64,000 nucleotides of DNA from Squalus acanthias (lineage: Eukaryota), in contig CM059432.1 of the NCBI GenBank assembly GCA_030390025.1, positions 69,194,001 to 69,258,000 of the forward strand. The letters run 5' to 3'. A program made the position numbers and the translations under genes. Shown here one piece after another: positions 24,668 to 35,966 of this stretch (its first letter is position 1; the number at the start of each line of letters is the position of its first letter). The notes under the pieces are model-generated. The model was not told where the DNA came from. It was given only the letters and a program-made list of their open reading frames with translations, and did not search any database.

Positions 24668-27600
24668 AACACACACCCGAAAATGAGACAGGTAGAAACC
24701 CAAACAAAACCATATGACAATGACCTGACTCCAAAACCAACCGACCACCGCAAAGCAAGAAGAGACGACTACAATCTAATAACATATCGAGCCGCGTTCA
24801 GAATGGTGGACTACATTCTGGCACAGTCTAACCTTAGCGTGGCAATTCATGAACTTTTAAAGAGACTTTAAAGCGACTTTCCGGCTTTCCATGGGCTGCG
24901 TTTAAAGGCGTTCAGCAACGCAAAGTCTACACAGTCACATTTTAGCATAGATAATAGTTTCGTTTATTTAATCAATGAAGACGATAACGCCAAAGAAAGT
25001 CACAAGTTTCGACTGCAGGCCCGTGTGCACATTTACCTACATTGCACTGTGTTCAATACAATGAATATTTCTGCATTACAACCACAAGTTATAATGTGTG
25101 CTATGCCTCAACTATGCTTCTTTTATCAGATTCTGAGCTTATGGTTTTAATGTATAGAATTTTAGAAAATAAAATTGAAAACGCAAAGCAAGACAAACCC
25201 CTCTATTGCTGAGAACTTCACTTCGCTACATATTTGATAAGCATACATTTCAATCCCTTTTGTTCCCTCTCCCTTGGGGTCAAAGGCCCAATGGTTTTAT
25301 CCTGGGTCCATTCCTAATGACTCCCCACATTGCTTTGAAGCTTTCCTGTACCTAACTGAAAGAAAAGATAAATAGTGAAAAAGCCTAGTCTTGGCTTCCC
25401 ATCAAAGAAAAAAATGCTTGCTTCAGTTCGCTTTTATTTTGGGATGTGTTTTCCCTAGAAGTCAATCCAAATGGCTGATTATTAATTGTAACTGCCCTAT
25501 TACACTGTTTTACATTGCCTTTGAAGTCGACATTAGTATTTCTCGGAGGGCTTGTTAGGAAGCTGGTTGCGTTAGGTGGTGTACGTACATGCCGTTTTTA
25601 TAACAATAAAAGGGAACACCTACAATTTATCTCAATTGATCTAATTTTCCTGAAAAAGATCCCTGTCACTGTCCAGGACCCTTAATTGAGGCGGGTCCCA
25701 ACTCGCCCCATGAGAGAATCAGTAGAATTACTTGGAACCTCCTGAAGTCCTTTCGAAAATATCTCGGAGCCAACACGGGTAAAGTAACCTTTTCCAATGG
25801 ACTTTCAGTTTCCACATATTCCAGCTTAGCCCGATGAAGAGTTATCCTATACTGCCGTGTGTGGGTTGACTGACTTACTTTTTTGAAGTAACAAAAACGG
25901 GTTCGTTTTACTAAGGAAAGAGTGGGATTGTTTTTTTTGTGTGTACAGGTATTGGGAGTTAAAAAAAATTCAAATAGATTTTAGTACAACACAATTATCC
26001 CAGGATCCGGATGAGTTTACCTGCGGTACAAGTCCTACATTTACCACGGTTATGTTGTGTGTTGGGTGTATAAAGGGCCTGACATTGTCTGCGTCTTTTC
26101 ACGTGAATATTAGTCCAATAAATTCATTCATTGGCGTTAGGATTCTTTTAATCGAACATATTAATCCGATTCAGATATCACAGTTTACTATTCCAGCCTA
26201 AAGACTAAAGAAAAGCTTGCCACTTCTCATAATTGTTAGATCAGGTCCGTTATGTCAAGTCAACAAATTGTTAGCGATTACACAGGAACATCCCATACAG
26301 GTGTAATTGAGAAAATATACGTGTCAAATCAATCACCAAATGGCATGTCGTTTCAGCAACAAAACTATAAAACGCAATGTAATTAACTTTAATTAACCGA
26401 GCCTATGTTTGAATTAGCCATCTATACATGTCAGGTAAGCAATACCTGGGTGAATACATGATTTTATTGTCGTTTTATAGTCTACTGAACCTCAAACAGT
26501 TAACCCAGTAAAAATCCGGGGGAAACGAATGCATCTGAATTTTCCAGTGGATCTGTACTACTTAAAATTGCACGTTCGCGTCAACACCAAAGTGCAGCGG
26601 TATCTGTATCATAGTTAAAGCTTGCTAAAAAAAAAATATCTAAACATGTGAGCACCTGCAATAAACAGATAAATAAATAACTCTGTGACTAAGGGGGAAA
26701 GATTTCAGTTGTAAACATTTACCCAATCGGTGCCCAGATTACAGATAGGCTGACTCAATTTAGAACGGCTGGAGCTGGCACTGAGAACATCAATCTCGTG
26801 TTCTGCATCAACATAAAGCAATCCCCTGAATGTAACCTGTGCCTACCTAGTGGACACCAGCAGGCTGTCACCAATCCCACTTCCAAAGCTCTTGCTCTTT
26901 GCTTTTCTATCCCAATCCTGTGCCATCTCATCGCCCAATATATGTGGCCGAATCTGTGTTGGAATTGAAGCGCTTTACAATGTAAGCTTGTGTTTAGTGC
27001 ATTGCTCTATTATTTGGAAAAGGGCAGGCCCGCGCTATTGTAATGTTTTACACATACAAGTTCCGAGGCCAAATCAATTCTTTGCTCGCAGACTATTGTT
27101 TTAAACTGGCTCAGGGAGGGGTTCTATTAAAAAAATGTCATCGGTTCGTCAAAGGTTCTGCTACCGTTTAGTACAAAATAGTTTGAAATGTTTCATTTGA
27201 AAACTCGATTACATTACACGAACTTTGAACTTTGAACAAAATCACGCGGATTCTTGATATTAGTATTAAACTGAAAAGCAGCAAAAGTTTTAAACTTTTT
27301 CAAATTAAAAAAATGGAATAGAGACGCATAGGGCGGCTTTGGATATAACCAGCAGCCTGCCTCCGATACAAATTTAGATTTTCACCCAAAACACAATCAC
27401 TTCCCCAGTGACCTGGTTAGTCAAAAATAACGTCCACCCATCCCACCTTAACACTTATAAAGGCCATTTGAAGAAGCGGATTACTATATACATATAATAT
27501 ATGGAGAATTGCTAATGCAGATTGTACCCGGAGACTGAAGGTAAATTTCATGTCTCACCACAATGTAACAGGTCCCTTAACAGTAAGTCCCATTTTAGAC

Positions 27601-28367
27601 GATGTGTGCGTGAGAGAGAGATTTTACCGAAAAGCTGAATATTGAAAATAATATTTCTAGAAACGTGCAATTTCAAATTATACTTAAAATTGTTAAAATA
27701 TTAGAATACGGGAAGAGTGTTCACTGTCTCTACAGAAACCGCGAATGAAGTACATGGCATATAGAAATATACCGAGAAATAAAAGCGAACTCAATGAGAT
27801 AGTGAAACAGGTAGTAAACAAAGTGAGAGAAATAATGTCGTGCAAAAGAAAATTGGAAAAAGTTTTACTTTCTGTAACAAATTAGCGAAAGGGACAAGAA
27901 AGACAGAAAAGCCAAAATAAGACTTTTTTCTAAAAAAGAAAAAAATGATAGTGGTTTCTAACCCGATTTGAATGTATTACGTTTGGCGGGGTTTGTCTGA
28001 TATGGAAGGTGTAAGATAGTGTTATCAGATAAAACTCATTTCTTATCTTCTTCAATTGTCTAAAGTGGTCAGCCTGAGCTTCATTGGCGACCAGAACGAT
28101 TTACATAATTAAATACAATAAGGGCAATGTTTTACTCGACACCACATAAAAATCATAGTTCCTCAGAATACATTACTAACACCAATTAGCAGATTCTTAA
28201 ATCCCACTTTGATCGAAAGCAAAATTCAGTCTTTGATCTTAAGGAAACTGGAACAAGTCCCCTGGGTCTCATGTTTACACTAATCTCCTTATTTTAATAC
28301 AATGTTTAAGTGAAACCTTTCACTTTATTTGTTCAGAATAAATTCGAAGTTATAAATAAGAAATAAA

Positions 28368-28503
28368 CAAAAATCAAACTACTGTAGATGATGGAAATCT
28401 GAAAAGCAAAACAGAAAGGGTCTTAGACCTGAAACAACGACTGACTTGTGTCTCTCCACAGATGCTGCCTGACCTGCTGAGTAGTTCCAGCTTTGTCCTG
28501 TTC
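28368..28503. mobile_element. Small inverted Penelope-like remnant
   Basis: 28368-28417 is the reverse complement of the terminus seen at 19807-19850; 28418-28503 matches 19734-19815 in the same orientation. Confidence 0.6.
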
Positions 28504-28579
28504 TAAATAACTAACCAGGTATAGTTAACAATGCTCGCTAGCTGTCAGTAATATTAATAACAATCTATTATTACAACTA

Positions 28580-29390
28580 TTCTTCTCAAGTGACCACATG
28601 ACCACTTCCGTGCTGCCGAACTGCCTGTCTGATTTAGGTGCTGGATGATCAAAGTGTCCTCAAACTGAACATGGGGAAGACGGAAGCCAATGTTTTAGGC
28701 ACCCACCTAAAACTCCACTCCTTCGTACCGATCACCCCGCCCCACTCCACCACCACCACCACTTGCTGGTCCATCCTGAGCCGAGTTTCAAGCCCCACAC
28801 TCCATCAGCAAGACTTCCACCTGCACAACTCTGTCAATCTCCATTCTTACTGCTGATGAAACCCATACCCATGCTACGGTTACTCGAGGTTGAAAACTTG
28901 TTCAACAATCAGCCGCACTAAGACCCGCTCGTGCATCGCTGCCATCCTCAGGGACTTTCATTAGCTCAACCAACCCATTGAATTTAAATTCTTATCCTAG
29001 ACTTCAATTCCTAGCTTGGCCTTTCTGCTGTCCTACTGCTTTCGCTGCAATATCCTTCATCTTTATGTTCGCTTCCGCACCATTGCCCCCCCCCCCCCCC
29101 CGCCCCCACACACCCAACGATGTCCTTTTTCTGCACCCTTTCCTCCATCATCGGGGACAGAGCCTTCAGTGCCTCAGCCTCACTCTGTAAACCCCTTCAC
29201 CTCCTCAATTCTCATTCTATCTTTAAAACCCTTCTGAAAGCTCAAACTTTCATCGCTTCTTCTCGCTCTCCAACTCTGTTTGGTTTCCCTTCCTTTATTC
29301 CTTTATATCTACCCACCTCCAGCCTTAAAGCGCCGTGTAATGTTTTCGATGTTAAAGGCTTGCTATTAATGGTAATAGTTATTATTGTTG
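28580..29390 (+). mobile_element. Highly degenerate L2 fragment
   Basis: LKLNMGKTEA and IGDRAFS...FKTLLK remnants; tail AAAGCGCC...GTTAAAGGC. Confidence 0.6.
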
Positions 29391-31206
29391 AAGTTCTTCC
29401 ACGACTTGGAACACTTCCACCTAACTCTGCCGGGGAACAATTCGATATTTTTAAAAGAAAATAACAATGTGATTGAAAGGTTCTCACAATTACACAGTGT
29501 AATAACACGTCTTACACGTTGACAAAAATAAAACTGAAAACGTTGTTCTTGAATATTTTCTTGCGTTAAGTCAAATAAGCAATTGTATATTTGTTTTAAT
29601 GTCGCTTTCGTTCAAAGGAGTCTGGAAACGTAGGGCCGTTCACTCATTCCGCCAGTGTTATATCTTGTTACATCTGATCGCAATAAAATCAGATTTATTT
29701 TCGCTACTGTTCTGCAGCCTTGGGCATATGACAAGTCATTCATTTTAAGGCAAACAAAATCACAAATGAAACCAGCCTATTAAAAATAAACAATCAACTC
29801 GTGTCTATGCAACATAGCCTGGAACAAATTTTTGCGTAACGACTCTCGGTAAACATTTGTATTCTAATAACATTATTTATACTTTACACGTGACTCCTGA
29901 ACAAGAGATGTAAATGAAGAGGTCAAACTTGGTACACAGCTTCAGCCAAAACCTTGACTACATGACAGGAAATCATATCAGATTTCCAGTGCTGAAAAAT
30001 ATTGGCATTCTCACACAAGGCTTTTCATTTTTGCTTTGTATAACTTCCCCCTCCCTCTAGTATACACACACGCAACACTGTAATATTGAATAAGATAAGA
30101 TTGGCAATATATCCAGGGTGCGTCTAATTAAAATCCAATTTACTTTTGTATTCCAAAAGTAATTATTTAAACGTTATTTTATAGGAGTGCCCTGTATTTT
30201 ACATTTACTAGGCACCGGCTTGTGTGATTTTCTGTTTTTATGAGGGCGATGTATTTTAATTCCGAGCAGTGTGGCTTCCAACGGTGGTTAAGATATTTAA
30301 ACAAATGTTCGTCTCGGTTTCGTAACAGGTTCGCAAAACATTTTAAATTCGAAAATTCGACATTAGCGTTTGAAGCAAGTAAAACAGAACTATGGTACAA
30401 AACAAAAATAAGGTAATAATCCAGGGCCAGCACTGATCGGGGGATTCGCATCCTTTCTTACCTTTTTACGTAGAAGTAATCTACTATCATAAACACGTCA
30501 ATCGTTACATGTGCTTTAAAAAACTAGATTCCGGCATGTTAGTGGACATCTAATCTGTTTCTAGGTCTATTTTACAATGAAATGAGAAGGCTTGTTGGAA
30601 GTGCACCCATCAGACAAGTCCTCGCGGTACCGATTCCCAACTTGTAGCAGATCGAGTTAATTACTCAATGAATTTATTAGGGACAGACGGAAGTCTTTAT
30701 TTGATTCATATTTTCATTTTTCTCTCATGTGCAAAATGTATTGCTTAAAGCAAACTCGGCACGGCATTTTTAAAATCAATGTATCATTCCATTTTCGATT
30801 CAAATACTTAACAGCAAACATTTTTTTACATCTTCACAACTAACACTTTACTCATCAACTTTAAACAGAACATCTGATTAATCAGCTTAAATGCATTGTA
30901 GAGGGAAAGCCTTTGATCTCATCAGACATCTAATTTGCTAAACACCTTTAACTCTACGAATCAACAACATTGTTTTGATTCTATCTGAACGAAAATAAGA
31001 TGTAGTTAACGTTCCGATAGAATCAAAACAATTTAAGATGTTAACTTAAAAATAGAATCTTCAATATAAACGTTTGCATTGAAAGTAAAAGCCTCAGACA
31101 GTTGTTCCAGGTAGAACCACATGGATAGGTGCGGATTGAGGATACTGTGAATAAAACAGAGTTGGTCCCAGAAAGGGTCCCGATTCCTATGACATTGTAT
31201 AGGATA

Positions 31207-31321
31207 TGATGCGGAGATGCCGGTGTTGGACTGGGGTGGACGAAGGAGTTGTAACTCCGAAAGCTTGTGATTTAAAATAAAACTGTTGGACTATAACCTG
31301 GTGTTGTGCGACCTCTCAATT
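31207..31321. mobile_element. 115-bp inverted Penelope-like insertion with 12-bp TSD
   Basis: TTGTATAGGATA at 31195-31206 and 31322-31333; its two halves match 13256-13360 in opposite orientations. Confidence 0.75.
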
Positions 31322-32119
31322 TTGTATAGGATACACAGACAGTACTCATAGTTAGCCTGAAATCTGAAATATTCTGCAAGTGTTAGAACGACAACGAATT
31401 ATTTACTTTCTGATCAAAGGTGGCCGATTAATCCTTGGAACATTTACATTGAAACTTTACTTTAGATCAGCATTAGGTCTTCGGAAGGTTTGATTTAAAA
31501 TGATAGCTTAATTGTATTAACGGTGTCGAGTACAGTGGGGACATGATTCTTTCTTAATGGTACAAAGAGCAACCGTTGTGTTTAGCCCCCCAAAAAAATC
31601 GCAATTAATTTTAAACACTTAGAAAGGCGAGGGTGGGGTGGGGTGGGGGCGGGGAGCAGTCCTGAAATAGAAAGGAACACTTTATTTAAATAAATGCATC
31701 CTTTTCCCTGTATAACAAGTATATCATTCCAAAGCTGATCAAGCGCTGGAAACACTCGGCAGGTCAGTCAGCACAGAAATTAATACAGTACATTTGTATC
31801 AGTTCAGTTCGAGGATCCAAATTTGCCATATTTCATCACAAATAAAATAAAAATCAATTTATGCAATGCCTATTGACGATTTATATTTGAAGATAATCTA
31901 AGTTACAGGTGTTTATTTCAGCAGACTGGGTCTGAATAAACGTCTGTGAATTTTTTTTCTTGACTGTTTTGAATCACATTCTCTTTAGCCAGCCATGAAT
32001 GTACGTTGTTCGTAAAAGTTGCTTATAAACAGCGTGAAAAACATTTGGAAATCTCCATAAGTAATCATAATTAATCTGTTGGAGGTGTAAGGTTCCGGAG
32101 GAGTGGGCGATGTGTGGGA

Positions 32120-32200
32120 GTTTTAGGCCCCGCCTCCTGGAGCCTTTCCCGGAAAAGCCCCGCCCCCTGGCTCCTGATTGGTCGCTGTTGTATTTATCAA
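32120..32200 (+). promoter_or_regulatory. Putative proximal sox17 promoter (two GC boxes, inverted CCAAT, TATA-like element)
   Basis: GGCCCCGCCTCC (~32126), GCCCCGCCCC (~32157), ATTGG (32177-32181) and TATTTAT (32191-32197), about 200 bp upstream of the ATG. Confidence 0.55.
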
Positions 32201-32257
32201 GCCCGGTTGCCAAAAAGTTTGGAACATCCAAAGCGGAGAATTTGAGTTAGCGAGTGA

Positions 32258-32722
<465 letters not shown>

Positions 32723-33028
32723 TAGAAGCTGGACTGTGAGGTTACTTTGTCCCAAGTACCCGTCTGGAGAATATTTCGAACTGACGCATCCGTGAATAAT
32801 GTACATATGCTTCTATGTACAAAATAGTCTACCATTCCTATACAGTATAAACCTTATAAAGTATGGCAAAAAATCTACGCACTAATAAGTCAAAAGGTGT
32901 GATTCTAATAACTAAATTGAATAAAGTAATAATTGCCATATTCATGTGATTATTCTGCCCTGTTATGTGGAGTTCAAGTTTGCTCGATAATAATGTGTTT
33001 ACCGTTTACTTGTATTGTGTACCTGCAG

Positions 33029-33951
33029 GTAAATCATGGAGAGGACTCTCCTTGGCAGAAAAACGTCCCTTTGTGGAGGAGGCAGAGAGACTTCGAGTCC
33101 AGCACATGAAAGAGCATCCTAACTACAAATACCGGCCCAGGCGGAGAAAGCAGATCAAGAGAATTAAGCGGGTAGACACGGGTCTCCTGATGCACAGCAT
33201 CTCCGAGCAGCAGCTGAGCAATGAGGGGCGCGTTTGCAGCCAAAACATTAACCTAACTTACCACGACACCGGTTACTGTATCCCAAACCAGATTCCTCCG
33301 CTCAGCCACTACAGGGAAGCGCAAACCATGGCAACCAGTATGGACAGTTTCGGCTTGCCAACCCCGGAGACCTCTCCTTTGGACGTTCTGGAGGCAAATT
33401 CTATGTTTTTCCCCCCGCATTTGCAGGAAGATTGCCAAATGATGCCTTACGGGAACAGCCCTGGTTACCACCATCACCACCACCACCACCACCATCCCGA
33501 TTACTCTGCCCAGGAAAACCAGGTAGCCATGTTCCGAAGGCACAGAGCTGAGCTGGGTCTTTCCCAGGAAGATCAGATGGGACACGACGGTAATTTCCAT
33601 GGGATGCTCAGCTCTTGCCACAACGTGGTAGCAATGTACTACAGCCAGATGTGCTCGTCAAACAGCCAGCGGCCCCAGCATGTGCATGTCGGACAACTCT
33701 CTCCACCACCCGAACCGCACCATGTGGACAACCTGGAGCATCTCAGCCAGGCCGACCTTCTGACGGACGTGGATCGCAATGAGTTCGAGCAATACCTCAC
33801 GTCGGTTTCGCGATCTGATCTGGCAGGACTTCCCTATAATACACCAGAAGCAAATCCAAATGGACTGACTTCTGTAGAGAGCAATCTGATTTCCTCTGTT
33901 CTTTCCGACGCCAGTAGTGCCATGTACTACTCCAATTTCACTTCGGCATAG
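33029..33951 (+). CDS. sox17: Sox17 coding exon 2 (rest of HMG box, transactivation region, SoxF C-terminal motifs)
   Basis: Acceptor CCTGCAG| at 33028 continues [41 protein letters not shown]. Contains [24 protein letters not shown] (SoxF beta-catenin-interaction motif) and [16 protein letters not shown] at 33949-33951. Intron 32688-33028 is 341 bp; spliced CDS is 1218 nt. Confidence 0.95.
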
Positions 33952-34373
33952 AGAACTACCTTTGTGCTTTTAAAAGGACTTGGCAAAAATATCGACAGTA
34001 TTAAAAACCAAAAATGCTTTTCTTAAAACTTGTAATTGTCCTCAGGGTGTTTTGCAAAATGTTGCCTGATAGAAAATAACTCTATTTAAGGTTGTATATT
34101 TAAAGTATCTTTGCTTTCATTTGTGCTTCAGATCAATACTACGGGGCCTGTTTTTAGTTTGTGTCTTTCAAAACTACAATTTAAACATTGTACTATTTTA
34201 TCTCTTGGAATTTTATTTTTTAATGGGGAGATTTGTAGAACCAGTGTCTCCCACAAGCAGCGAACCGCAGTTTGTACTGGATGAGAATTGCTTCAGCAAT
34301 CATTATGTAAATATTTAATTTCTTATTGAAATGAGAATGTTTTTGTACTTTTTTGCACTTTTTATTACTAGCT

Positions 34374-34379
34374 AATAAA
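34374..34379 (+). terminator. Putative sox17 polyadenylation signal
   Basis: AATAAA about 420 bp after the stop codon, at the end of an AT/U-rich 3'UTR-like stretch. Confidence 0.5.
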
Positions 34380-35445
34380 GTTTGAAAATTTTAAGATCAG
34401 AGTCTGTATTTGTAATCGGATCACATCCTTTTAGTATTTTTACAATAGTTACATAAGGTAGGATACCACTGAGGTCATCGAAACCCCAGTGCATGTCAAA
34501 CAATAGCTCCGCGCGAATCCTCGTTTCCCGGCATTTAAATGCAGAACTATAAAAAAGACAGGGCACAACCTCAGGAAAAGGCATGATTTCTAGTAAAAGA
34601 CTGCGCGGCTGCTTTTAAACTCAATTTCCGATATAAAATATGTCTTGCAAGTGTATTATAACCCAAGGGGACGCGCCATTCTGTCAGTCAAGTCTTGAGG
34701 TTACGGGGTCCAATGAAATGCGGGGGCTGCTTGTTTTACCGATAGCTGTCGATACACACACACAGTTCGAATCAATCCTTTTAATTTTAGTGCTCGAATA
34801 TTCGTAAAAATGCTTCCACTATCATTTGAACACTGATTTTTAAGACTGTACGGAGAAGCAAAAGAGAGGTTACTCGTAAACATCGAAAAGCTGTCCACCA
34901 TGAAAATAATTCAATGTTACTGAACCGATTTGTTTATTAGACTAGCCGCAAAAAAGTAATCAAGAGGAGCAAACCAACGCCGGATCATTTCTCATTAACC
35001 ATTAGTTCTGATTGTTAATCCTCACTGCCTGACGCTACATGAAAGTAGACACTGATTCATGGTTATTAGCAGAGATCATTCAAATGAGCTGCTGTATTCA
35101 GAGTGATGTCCCGCTCCTCCAACCTCTCCCCCCAATCGGCCTGACGCGAGGGTTAGATGGTCAAATTCACCATTTAAAGCTCACCAGCTGTTTTTTAAAA
35201 GTTTTTCAACATCTAAAAAATGTTTGCAGCATAATCGGCAGTTCTGAAGGAGGCCTGGGAAGATTGAGTTACAACATAATATAAAAAATAATTTACATAC
35301 ATAATTGCATTATATTATATATAAAATTTGCCATCAGTTATATTGTATCACGCAAACGTAATTAGAGTCTTGGGTTTTGTGATTTAAAAAAAATATTTTT
35401 AAACTGGCCATATTCAAGTGGCTAACTTGATTGGAGAATGCAAAA

Positions 35446-35966
35446 AATCATAGCATCATAGCATAGTGTAGCACAGAAGGAGGCCATTCAGCCCATCGAG
35501 TCTCCATTTCGAAGAGCAATCCAGTTAATCCCACTCCTCCCCTCTTTCTCCATATCCCTGCATTTTTTTCTCCAAGTATTTATCCAATTCCTTTTTGAAG
35601 GCGACTATTGAATTTGTATCCACCGCACTATCAGGCAGTGCATTCCAAATCCTAACCATTTGTTATGTAAAAAAGCTTTTCCTCATGTCGCCTTTGGTTC
35701 TTTTGCCAATCACCTTAAATATGTGCCCTTGTGTTATCGACCCTTCAGCCACTGGAAACAGTTTCTCTTTATTTATCTAAATCCTTCATGATTTTAAACA
35801 CCTCTATCAAATCTCCTCTTAGCCTTCTCTGCTCCAAGGGGAACAACTCCAGCTTCTCCAGTCTATCCATGTAACTGTATTCCCTCATCCCTGGAACCAT
35901 TCTAGTAAATCTCTTCTGTACCCTCTCCAAAGCCTAAAGCGTGGTGCCCAGAACTGGACACAATAC
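35446..35966 (-). mobile_element. CR1 3' fragment
   Basis: (CATAG)n-like tail, CACAGAAGGAGGCCATTC, and ORF2 C-terminal sequence similar to 8870-9390. Confidence 0.85.

Noticed and set aside
32965..33028. Stand-alone 328-aa ORF starting MWSSS
   Set aside because: The first 21 codons are intronic; the real exon starts after the AG at 33028.
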